This document shows positions 37,501 to 50,240 of a DNA stretch of 64,000 nt, one piece after another. A model generated the notes under the pieces. It saw nothing but the letters and a program-made list of their open reading frames with translations, did no database searches and was not told the DNA's origin. The position numbers were made by a program, and so were the translations under genes. The number at the start of each line of letters is the position of its first letter. Within the stretch, counting starts at the first letter, position 1. Source of the stretch: Squalus acanthias (taxonomy: Eukaryota). Location of the stretch: positions 1-64,000 of the forward strand of contig JASTWF010000330.1 in the NCBI GenBank assembly GCA_030390025.1, given 5' to 3'.

Positions 37501-40500
37501 CATCTTTAATATTTGTTTCATTGATGATATTATTTATTGTGGATTTAGAATAGATCTTTAATATTTGTCACATCGATACTATTATTTATTGTGGATTTGG
37601 AATAGATCTTTAATATTTGTCTCAGTGTTTGATATTATTTATTATTTATTTGGAATAGATCTTTAATATTTGTCTCATTGATGATATTATTTATTGTGGA
37701 TTTGGAATAGATCTTTTATATTTGTCTCATTGATAATATTATTTATTGTGGATTTGGAATAGATCTTTAATATTTGTCTCATTGGTGATATTATTTATTG
37801 TAGATTTGGAATAGATCTTTAATATTTGTCTCAGTGTTTGATATTATTTATTATGTATTTGGAATAGATCTTTAATATTTGTCTCATTGATGATATTATT
37901 TATTGTGGATTTGGAATAGATCTTTAATATTTGTCTCAGTGTTTGATATTATTTGTTGTGGATTTGGAATAAATCTTTAATATTTGTCCCATTGATGATA
38001 TTATTTGTTGTGGATTTGGAATAGATCTTTAATATTTGTCTGATTCTTTGATATAATTTATTGTGGATTTGGAATAGATCTTTAATATTTGTCCCATTGA
38101 TGATATTATTTATTGTGCATTTGGAATAGATCTTTAATATTTGTCTCATTCTTTGATATAATTTATTGTGGATTTGGAATAGATCTTTAATATTTGTCTC
38201 ATTGATGAATTATTTATTGTGGATTTGCAATAGATCTTTAATATTTGTCTCAGTGTTTGATATTATTTGTTGTGGATTTGGAATAGATCTTTAATATTTG
38301 TCCCATTGATGATATTATTTGTTGTGGATTTGGAATAGATCTTTAATATTTGTCTGATTCTTTGATATAATTTATTGTGGATTTGGAATAGATCTTTAAT
38401 ATTTGTCCCATTGATGATATTATTTATTGTGGATTTGGAATAGATCTTTAATATTTGTCTCATTCTTTGATATAATTTATTGTGGATTTGGAATAGATTT
38501 TTAATATTTGTCTCATTGATGATATTATTTATTGTGGATTTGGAATAGATCTTTAATATTTGTCTCATTGATGATATTATTTATTGTGGATTTGGAATAG
38601 ATCTTTAATATTTGTCTCATTGATGATATTATTTATTGTGGATTTGCAATAGATCTTTAATATTTGTCTCATTCTTTGATATAATTTAATGTGGATTTGC
38701 AATTGAACTTTAATATTTGTCTCATTGATGATATTATTTATTGTGGATTTGGAATAGATCTTTAATATTTGTCTCATTCATGATATTATTTATTGTGGAT
38801 TTGGAATAGATCTTTAATAGTTGTCCCATTGATTATATTATTTATTGTGGATTTGGAATAGATCTTTTATATTTGTCTCATTGATGATATTATTTATTGT
38901 GGATTTGGAATAGATCTTTAATATTTGTCTCATTGATGATATTATTTATTGTGGATTTGGAATAGATCTTTAATATTTGTCTCATTCTTTGATATAATTT
39001 ATTGTGGATTTGGAATAGATCTTTTATATTTGTCTCATTGATGATATTATTTATTGTGGATTTGGAATAGATCTTTAATATTTGTCTCATTCTTTGATAT
39101 AATTTATTGTGGATTTGCAATAGAACTTTAATATTTGTCTCATTCTTTGATATTATTTATTGTGGATTTGGAATAGATCTTTAATATTTGTCCCATTGAT
39201 GATGTTATTTGTTGTGGATTTGGAATAGATCTTTAATATTTGTCTGATTCTTTGATATAATTTATTGTGGATTTGGAATAGATCTTTAATATTTGTCCCA
39301 TTGATGATATTATTTATTGTGGATTTGGAACAGATCTTTAATATTTGTCTCATTCTTTGATATAATTTATTGTGGATTTGGAATAGATCTTTAATATTTG
39401 TCTCATTGATGATATTATTTATTGTGGATTTGGAACAGATCTTTAATATTTGTCTCATTCTTTGATATAATTTGTTGTGGATTTGGAACAGATCTTTAAT
39501 ATTTGTTTCATTGTTTGATATTATTTATTGTGGATTTGGAATAGATCTTTAATATTTGTCTCATTGATGATATTATTTATTGTGGATTTGGAATAGATCT
39601 TTAATATTTGTCTCATTGATGATATTATTTATTGTGGATTTGCAATAGATCTTTAATATTTGTCTCATTCTTTGATATAATTTAATGTGGATTTGCAATT
39701 GAACTTTAATATTTGTCTCATTGATGATATTATTTATTGTGGATTTGAAATAGATCTTTAATATTTGTCTCATTCATGATTTTATTTATTGTGGATTTGG
39801 AATAGATCTTTAATATTTGTCTCATTGATGATATTATTTATTGTGGATTTGGAATAGATCTTTAATATTTGTCTCATTGATGATATTATTTATTGTGGAT
39901 TTGGAATAGATCTTTAATATTTGTCTCATTCTTTGATATAATTTATTGTGGATTTGCAATAGAACTTTAATATTTGTCTCATTGATGATATTATTTATTG
40001 TGGATTTGGAATAGATCTTTAATATTTGTCTCATTGATGATATTATTGATTGTGGATTTGGAATAGATCTTTAATATTTGTCTCATTGATGATATTATTT
40101 ATTGTGGATTTGGAATAGATTTTTAATATTTGTCTCATTGATGATATTAATTATTGTGGATTTGGAATATATCTTTAATATTTGTCTCATTCTTTGATAT
40201 AATTTATTGTGGATTTGCAATAGAACTTTAATATTTGTCTCATTCTTTGATATTATTTATTCTGGATTTGGAATAGATCTTTAATATTTGTCTCATTGAT
40301 GATATTATTTATTGTGGATTTGGAATAGATCTTTAATATTTGTCTCATTCTTTGATATAATTTATTGTGGATTTGGAATAGATCTTTAATATTTGTCTCA
40401 TTGATGATATTATTTATTGTGGATTTGGAATAGATCTTTAAGATCTGTCTCATTGATGTTATTATTTATTGTGGATTTGGAATAGATCTTTAATATTTGT

Positions 40501-43500
40501 CTCAGTATTTGATATTTATTGTGGATTTGGAATAGATCTTTAATATTTGTCCCATTGATTATATTATTTATTGAGGATTTGGAATAGATCTTTAATATTT
40601 GTCTCATTGATGATATTATTTATTGTAGATTTGGAATAGATCATTTATATTTGTCTCATTGATGATATTATTTATTGTGGATTTGGAATAGATCTTTAAT
40701 ATTTGTCTCATTATTTGTAATTATTTATTGTGGATTTGCAATAGATCTTTAATATTTGTCTCATTGATGATATTATTTGTTGTGGATTTGGAACAGATCT
40801 TTAATATTTGTCTGATTCTTTGATATAATTTATTGTGGATTTGCAATAGAACTTTAATATTTGTCTCATTGATGATATTATTTATTGTGGATTTGGAATA
40901 GATCTTTAATATTTGTCTCATTCATGATGTTATTTATTGTGGATTTGGAATAGATCTTTAATATTTGTCTCATTGATGATATTATTTATTGTGGATTTGG
41001 AATAGATCTTTAATATTTGTCTCATTGATGATATTATTTATTGTGGATTTGGAATAGATCTTTAATATTTGTCTCATTGATGATATTATTTATTGTGGAT
41101 TTGGAATAGATCTTTAATATTTGTCTCATTGATGATATTATTTATTGTGGATTTGGAATAGATCTTTAATATTTGGCTCATTGATGATATTATTTATTGA
41201 GGATTTGAAATAGATCTTTAATATTTGTCTCATTGCTGATATTATTGATTGTGGATTTGGAATAGATCTTTAATATTTGTCTCATTGATGATATTATTTC
41301 TTGTGGATTTGGAATAGATCTTTAATATTTGTCTCAATGATGATATTATTTATTGTGGATTTGGAATAGATCTTTAATATTTGTCTCATTGAAGATATTA
41401 TTTATTGTGGATTTGGAATAGATCTTTAATATTTGTCTCATTGATGATATTATTTATTGTGGATTTGGAATAGATCTTTAATATTTGTCTCATTGATGAT
41501 ATTATTTATTGTGGATTTGCAATAGATCTTTAATATTTGTCTCATTCTTTGATATAATTTATTGTGGATTTGGAACAGATCTTTAATATTTGTCTCATTC
41601 TTTGATATAATTTATTGTGGATTTGGAATAGATCTTTAATATTTGTCTCATTGATGATATTATTTATTGTGGATTTGGAACAGATCTTTAATATTTGTCT
41701 CATTCTTTGATATAATTTGTTGTGGATTTGGAACAGATCTTTAATATTTGTTTCATTGTTTGATATTATTTATTGTGGATTTGGAATAGATCTTTAATAT
41801 TTGTCTCATTGATGATATTATTTATTGTGGATTTGGAATAGATCTTTAATATTTGTCTCATTGATGATATTATTTATTGTGGATTTGCAATAGATCTTTA
41901 ATATTTGTCTCATTCTTTGATATAATTTAATGTGGATTTGCAATTGAACTTTAATATTTGTCTCATTGATGATATTATTTATTGTGGATTTGAAATAGAT
42001 CTTTAATATTTGTCTCATTCATGATTTTATTTATTGTGGATTTGGAATAGATCTTTAATATTTGTCTCATTGATGATATTATTTATTGTGGATTTGGAAT
42101 AGATCTTTAATATTTGTCTCATTGATGATATTATTTATTGTGGATTTGGAATAGATCTTTAATATTTGTCTCATTCTTTGATATAATTTATTGTGGATTT
42201 GCAATAGAACTTTAATATTTGTCTCATTGATGATATTATTTATTGTGGATTTGGAATAGATCTTTAATATTTGTCTCATTGATGATATTATTGATTGTGG
42301 ATTTGGAATAGATCTTTAATATTTGTCTCATTGATGATATTATTTATTGTGGATTTGGAATAGATTTTTAATATTTGTCTCATTGATGATATTAATTATT
42401 GTGGATTTGGAATATATCTTTAATATTTGTCTCATTCTTTGATATAATTTATTGTGGATTTGCAATAGAACTTTAATATTTGTCTCATTCTTTGATATTA
42501 TTTATTCTGGATTTGGAATAGATCTTTAATATTTGTCTCATTGATGATATTATTTATTGTGGATTTGGAATAGATCTTTAATATTTGTCTCATTCTTTGA
42601 TATAATTTATTGTGGATTTGGAATAGATCTTTAATATTTGTCTCATTGATGATATTATTTATTGTGGATTTGGAATAGATCTTTAAGATCTGTCTCATTG
42701 ATGTTATTATTTATTGTGGATTTGGAATAGATCTTTAATATTTGTCTCAGTATTTGATATTTATTGTGGATTTGGAATAGATCTTTAATATTTGTCCCAT
42801 TGATTATATTATTTATTGAGGATTTGGAATAGATCTTTAATATTTGTCTCATTGATGATATTATTTATTGTAGATTTGGAATAGATCATTTATATTTGTC
42901 TCATTGATGATATTATTTATTGTGGATTTGGAATAGATCTTTAATATTTGTCTCATTATTTGTAATTATTTATTGTGGATTTGCAATAGATCTTTAATAT
43001 TTGTCTCATTGATGATATTATTTGTTGTTGATTTGGAACAGATCTTTAATATTTGTCTGATTCTTTGATATAATTTATTGTGGATTTGCAATAGAACTTT
43101 AATATTTGTCTCATTGATGATATTATTTATTGTGGATTTGGAATAGATCTTTAATATTTGTCTCATTCATGATGTTATTTATTGTGGATTTGGAATAGAT
43201 CTTTAATATTTGTCTCATTGATGATATTATTTATTGTGGATTTGGAATAGATCTTTAATATTTGTCTCATTGATGATATTATTTATTGTGGATTTGGAAT
43301 AGATCTTTAATATTTGTCTCATTGATGATATTATTTATTGTGGATTTGGAATAGATCTTTAATATTTGTCTCATTGATGATATTATTTATTGTGGATTTG
43401 GAATAGATCTTTAATATTTGGCTCATTGATGATATTATTTATTGAGGATTTGAAATAGATCTTTAATATTTGTCTCATTGCTGATATTATTGATTGTGGA

Positions 43501-46500
43501 TTTGGAATAGATCTTTAATATTTGTCTCATTGATGATATTATTTCTTGTGGATTTGGAATAGATCTTTAATATTTGTCTCAATGATGATATTATTTATTG
43601 TGGATTTGGAACAGTTCTTTAATATTTGTCTCATTCTTTGATATAATTTATTGTGGATTTGGAATAGATCTTTAATATTTGTCTCATTGATGATATTATT
43701 TATTGTGGATTTGGAATAGATCTTTAATATTTGTCTCATTGATGATATTATTTATTGTGGAATTGGAATAGAGCTTTAATATTTGTCTCATTGATGATAT
43801 TATTTATTGTGGATTTGGAATAGATCATTTATATTTGTCTCATTGATGATATTATTTATTGCGGGTTTGGAATAGATCTTTAATATTTGTCTCATTAATT
43901 GTTATTATTTATTGTGGATTTGGAATAGATCTTTAATATTTGTCTCATTATTTGATATTATTTATTGTGGATTTGGAATAGATCTTTAATATTTGTCTCA
44001 TTGATGATATAATTTTTGTGGATTTGGAATAGATCTTTCATATTTGTCTCATTGATGATATTATTTGTTGTGGATTTGGAATAGATCTTTAATATTTGTC
44101 TCATTGTTTGATATTATTTATTGTGGATTTGGAATAGATCTTTAATATTTGTCTCATTGATGATATTATTTATTGTGGATTTGGAATAGATCTTTAATAT
44201 TTGTCCCATTGATGATATTATTAATTGTGGATTTGGAATAGATCTTTAATATTTGTCTCATTGATGATATTATTTATGTGGATGTGGAATAGATCTTTAA
44301 TATTTGTCTCATTGTTGATATTATTTATTGTGGATTTCGAATAGATCTTTAATATTTGTCTCATTGATGATATTATTTATTGTGGATTTGGAATAGATCT
44401 TTAATATTTGTCTCATTGATGATATTATTTATTGTGGATTTGGAACAGTTCTTTAATATTTGTCTCATTCTTTGATATAATTTATTGTAGATTTGCAATA
44501 GAACTTTAATATTTGTCTCATTGATGATATTATTTATTGTGGATTTGGAATAGATCTTTAATATTTGTCTCATTGTTTGATATTATTTATTGTGGATTTG
44601 AAATAGATCTTTAATATTTGTCTCATTGTTTGATATTATTTATTGTGGAATTGGAATAGAGCTTTAATATTTGTCTCATTGATGATATTATTTATTGTGG
44701 ATTTGGAATAGATCTTTAATATTTGTCACATTGTTTGATATTATTTATTGTGGATTTGAAATAGACCTTTAATATTTGTCTCATTGATGTTTTTATTTAT
44801 TGTGGATTTGAAATAGATCTTTAATATTTGTCTCATTGATGATATTATTTATTGTGGATTTGGAATAGATCTTTAATATTTGTCTCATTCATGATATTAT
44901 TTATTGTGGATTTGAAATAGATCTTTAATATTTGTCTCATTGTTGATATTATTTATTGTGGATTTGGAATAGATCTTTAATATTTGTCTCATTGATGATA
45001 TTATTTATTGTGGATTTGGAATAGATCTTTAATATTTGTCTCATTCTTTGATGTTATTTATTGTGGATTTGAAATAGATCTTTAATATTTGTCTCATTGA
45101 TGATATTATTTATTGTGGATTTGGAACAGTTCTTTAATATTTGTCTCATTCTTTGATATAATTTATTGTGGATTTGGAATAGATCTTTAATATTTGTCTC
45201 ATTGATGATATTATTTATTGTGGATTTGGAATAGATCTTTAATATTTGTCTCATTGATGATATTATTTATTGTGGATTTGGAATAGATCTTTAATATTTG
45301 TCTCATTGATGATATTATTTATTGTGGATTTGGAATAGATCTTTAATATTTGTCTCATTGATGATATTATTTATTGTGGATTTGGAATAGATCTTTAATA
45401 TTTGTCTCATTGATGATATTATTTATTGTGGATTTGGAATAGATCTTTAACATTTGTCTCATTATTTGTTATTATTTATTGTGGATTTGGAATAGATCTT
45501 TAACATTTGTCTCATTATTTGTTATTATTTATTGTGGATTTGGAATAGATCTTTAATATTTGTCTCATTATTTGATATTATTTATTGTGGATTTGGAATA
45601 GATCTTTAATATTTGTCTCACTGATGATATTATTTGTTGTGGATTTGGAATAGATCTTAAATATTTGTCTCATTGTTTGATATTATTTATTGTGGATTTG
45701 GAATAGATCTTTAATATTTGTCTCATTGATGATATTATTTATTGTGGATTTGGAATAGATCTTTAATATTTGTCTCATTGATGATATTATTTATGTGGAT
45801 GTGGAATAGATCTTTAATATTTGTCTCATTGTTGATATTATTTCTTGTGGATTTTGAATAGATCTTTAATATTTGTCTCATTGATGATATTATTTATTGT
45901 GGATTTGGAATAGATCTTTAATATTTGTCTCATTGATGATATTATTTATTGTGGATTTGGAATAGATCCTTAATATTTGTCTCATTGATGATATTATTTA
46001 TTGTGGATTTGGAACAGTACTTTCATATTTGTCTCATTCTTTGATATAATTTATTGTGGATTTGCAATAGAACTTTAATATTTGTCTCATTGATGATATT
46101 ATTTATTGTGGATTTGGAATAGATCTTTAATATTTGTCTCATTGTTTGATATTATTTATTGTGGATTTGAAATAGATCTTTAATATTTGTCTCATTGTTT
46201 GATATTATTTATTGTGGAATTGGAATAGAGCTTTAATATTTGTCTCATTGATGATATTATTTATTGTGGATTTGGAATAGATCTTTAATATTTGTCACAT
46301 TGTTTGATATTATTTATTGTGGATTTGAAATAGATCTTTAATATTTGTCTCATTGATGTTTTTATTTATTGTGGATTTGGAACAGTTCTTTAATATTTGT
46401 CTCATTGTTTGATATTATTTATTGTGGATTTGGAATAGATCTTTAATATTTGTCTCATTGATGATATTATTTATTGTGGATTTGGAATAGATCTTTAATA

Positions 46501-47969
46501 TTTGTCCCATTGATGATATTATTTATTGTGGATTTGGAATAGATCTTTAATATTTGTCCCATTGATGATATTATTTATTGTGGATTTGGAATAGTTCTTT
46601 AATATTTGACTCATTGATGATATTATTTATTGTGGATTTGGAATAGATCTTTAATACTTGTTTCATTGATGATATTATTTATTGTGGATTTGGAATAGAT
46701 CTTTAATATTTGACTCATTGATGATATTATTTATTGTGGATTTGGAATAGATCTTTAATATTTGACTCATTGATGATATTATTTATTGTGGATTTGGAAT
46801 AGATCTTTAATATTTGACTCATTCTTTGATATAATTTATTGTGGATTTGGAATAGATCTTTAATATTTGTCTCATTGATGATATTATTTATTGTGGATTT
46901 GGAATAGATCTTTAATATTTGTCTCATTGATATTATTTATTGTGGATTTGGAATATGTCTTTAATATTTGTCTCATTATTTGATATTATTTATTGTGGAT
47001 TTGGAATAGATCTTTAATATTTGTCTCATTATTTGATATTATTTATTGTGGATTTGGAATAGATCTTTAATATTTGTCTCATTGATGATATTATTTATTG
47101 TGGATTTGGAATAGATCTTTAATAGGTGTCTCATTGATGATATTATTTATTGTGGATTTGGAATCGATCTTTAATATTTGTCTCATTGATGATATTATTT
47201 ATTGTGGATTTGGAATAGATCTTTAATATTTGTCACCTTGTTTGATATTATTTATTGTGGATTTGGAATAGATCTTTAATATTTGTCCCATTGATGATAT
47301 TATTTATTGTGGATTTGGAATAGATCTTTAATATTTGACTCATTGATGATATTATTTATTGTGGATTTGGAATAGATCTTTAATACTTGTTTCATTGATG
47401 ATATTATTTATTGTGGATTTGGAATATATCTTTAATATTTGTCTCCTTGTTTGATATTATTTATTGTGGATTTGGAATAGATCTTTTCTATTTGTCTCAT
47501 TGATGATATTATTTATTCTCCTCCTTCTTGGACTCGAGATCATTGAGAAAATGTTATATCTTTAAGATTCTCCATCATCATTGTTCTTTACTTACCCAAA
47601 TATTGTAAATCTTTATATACTTCTTTCTAATATTTAGCTAAATGTATTTGTTCTTTTAATTTAATACTTATATTTATATATTGGTCCATTAAAAAATTAA
47701 TTACATTGATTTATTTGGTTATATTTCCAATTGTAATTTATTTGTTATGATTCCATTCAGTTCTTATTTTTAATTTAAAATGTATATTTCATATACTCAG
47801 TGTTTAGATAGTATATTTAGCAGAGCATTTATATAATGTATTATTGAAATACTATTTACAGTCAGCCTCCAATTTATTTATATATTCAATATTTATAATT
47901 TAATAGTTTTATCAATGAAGTACCAGCAACAGAGAGTTATTCCAAATCTAATTTCACCTGGGGACTGAG

Positions 47970-48478
47970 ATCATAGAATCATACAGCACAGCAGGGGGCC
48001 ATTTGACCCATCGTGCCTGTGCCGGCTCTTTGAAGGAGCTGTCCAATTCGTCCCAAGGCCCCTGGCTCTTTCCCCATAACCCTGCAAATGTTTCCTTTTC
48101 AATATTTCTCCAATTCCCTTTTGAATCTGCTGCCACCACCCTTTCAGGCAGTGCATTCCAGGTCATCGTAACTCGCTGCAGAAAATACGTTTTTCCTCAT
48201 CTCCCCTCTGGTTCTTTTGCCAATTATCTTCAATCTGTGTCCTCTGGTTAAGGAACCTGCTGCCACTGGGAACAGTTTCTCCCTATCTACTCTATCAAAC
48301 CCTTCATGATTTTGAACACCTCTATTCGGTCCCTGCTTCAATTTCTCTGCTCGAAGGAGAACAACCCCAGCTTCTCCACATAACTGAAGTCCCTCATCCC
48401 TGGACCCATTCTAGTCAATCTCCAATGCACCCTCGCTAAGGCATTGCCATCCTTCCCAAAGTGTGTTCCCCAGAATTG
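47970..48478 (-). mobile_element. CR1 3' fragment, decayed
   Basis: GFDRVDREKLFP..TRGHRLKI, WNALPERVV, (gattctat)n tail. Confidence 0.85.
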
Positions 48479-48945
48479 AAAGAAAGACTTGCATTTATAA
48501 AGCGCCTTTCACGACCACCAGATGTCTCAAAGCGCTTTACAGCCAATGAAGTACTTTTGGAGTGTAGTCACTGTTGTATTGTGGGAAGCACAGCAGCCAA
48601 TTTGCACACAGCAAGCTCCCACAAACAGCAATGTGCTAATGACCAGATAATCTGTTTTTGTTATGTTGGTTGAGGGATATATATTGGTCAGGACAGCAGG
48701 GATAACTCCCCTGCTCTTCTTCAAAATAGTGCCATGGGATCTTATACATCCACCTGAGAGAGCAGACGGGGCCTCGGTTGAACGTCTCATCTGAAAGATG
48801 GCACCTCCGACAGTGCGGCACTCCCTCAGCACTGCACTGGAGTGTCAGCCTAGCTTTATGTGCTCCAAGTCCCTGGAGTGGGACTGTGAACCCACAACCT
48901 TTTAGACTCAGAGGCGAGTGAGCTACCCACTGAGCCACACCTGAC
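48479..48945 (-). mobile_element. DeuSINE (SacSINE1-like)
   Basis: tRNA-like head, Deu-domain gcactgtcggaggtgccatctttcagatgagacgtt..gatcccatggcactatt..gcaaattggctg, tail ataaatgcaagtctttcttt. Confidence 0.85.
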
Positions 48946-48994
48946 ACTACGACAATGTTGGCCTGTAAAAAGTGGGAGGATGTTGTGTTTTCCA

Positions 48995-49390
48995 GAGAAT
49001 GCTCACAGACTGAGAACAACAGACGCTTCTTATCAGTGGCACAGATAAGATCTGCTGAAGGTCACAGGTGCACATTCAGGAACATATGCAAACCCGAGTG
49101 AGGAGACAGCGAGAGCTGGGAGAATGTTTGTGTAAGCAGAACACAGGACACTGTGAGGCACCTGACCACACGTCAATGTCCCAGACACTGACTGCTGCTC
49201 CCCCGCTAACATTGGGACAGTAAAGGGACTGCGATGGTCTCTGCATTTAAATCGAGTCAAGCATCACCGAGGGTGCTTTTGGCAAAGGATTAGTGCAGTC
49301 TCTACAGCAGAGGGGGTTATAGAGAGACCATTGCCCAGTACTGACCCATTACTGATATGGGAGGGCTTCATCCTGTGAATATTCTCCCTC
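48995..49390 (-). repeat. Dispersed element, copy 3 of 3 (splice donor lost)
   Basis: Inverted homology to 21275-21545 and direct homology to 10175-10455; reads ATGTTAGCGG-gggagc. Confidence 0.8.
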
Positions 49391-49429
49391 TAACACTCAG
49401 TGCCCATTAAAGTTCCAACATACCTTTCG

Positions 49430-49830
49430 GGGTACGGTAGCGGTTATGTTACTGGACCAGTAATCCAGAGGCCTGTATAATGATCTGGAGACGGTGAGTT
49501 CAAATCCTGCCGCAGCAGATGGGGAATTTAAATTCAGTTCATTAAATAAATTTGGAACAAAAATCAAGTATCATTTACTAGCAGATGGTTGTAAAAATCC
49601 GTCTGGTTCACCAATGTCCTTTAGACAAAGGAAACCTGCCGTCCTTACCTGGTCTGGCTTATATGTGACTCCAGACCCACAGCAATATGGTTGACTCTTA
49701 ACCACACTGTGCAATGGCTTAGTGAGACACTCAGTTGTTTCGATAAGGTGGCCCCCCACCGCCTTCTTGAGGGCAATTAGGGATGGGCAATAAATGCTGG
49801 CCTTTCCAGTGATGCCTACATCCCGTGACT
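49430..49830 (+). mobile_element. tRNA-derived SINE with LINE-derived tail
   Basis: Head ggtagcggttatgttact..gagttcaaatcc; tail gggcaattagggatgggcaataaatgctggcc..gatgcctacatcccgtga. Confidence 0.75.
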
Positions 49831-49837
49831 CCCTCAT

Positions 49838-50240
49838 CACTGCACTGGGAGTGTCAGCCCAGCTTTATGTGCTCGAGTCACTGGAGTGGGATTTGAACCC
49901 GCAACCTTCTGACTCAGAGGCGAGTGTGCTACAGCTGACACTGAATTGGACACCATACTCCCGCTGAGGCCGAACCAGTCATTTATAAATGTTCAGCATA
50001 ACTTCTTTGCTTTTGTACTCTATGCCTCTATTTATAAAGCCCAGGATCCCATGTGCTTTTACTAAATAGCTTCATGAACTTGTCATGCCACATTTAAAGA
50101 GTTGTGTACGTTCACCCACAGGTCTCCCTGTTCATCCAACCCCTTTAAAATTGTTTCATTTAGTTTCTAATGTCTCTCCTCACTCTTTCTTCCAAAATGC
50201 ATCACTTCACATTTCTCTGTGTTAAATTTCATCTACCAGG
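49838..50240 (-). mobile_element. DeuSINE head fragment followed by an old CR1 fragment that resumes after the Gypsy insertion
   Basis: 49838-49940 matches 48830-48940; CR1-like ttaaatttcatctaccagg|tgtctgcacatt is split by the Gypsy. Confidence 0.6.

Larger units (their letters stand above)
23650..47518. repeat. AT-rich 52/53-bp satellite array (gtggatttggaatagatctttaatatttgtctcattgatgatattatttatt), interrupted by insertions
   Basis: Several hundred copies, degenerate at the left edge; most units carry AGATCT. Confidence 0.99.

Noticed and set aside
37949..46927. Repeated 66-101 aa MRQILKIYSK ORFs
   Set aside because: Arise wherever 52+53-bp satellite units sum to 105 bp; no coding evidence
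23650..47518. CRISPR-like regular array
   Set aside because: Head-to-tail units with no unique spacers, no cas genes, eukaryotic context
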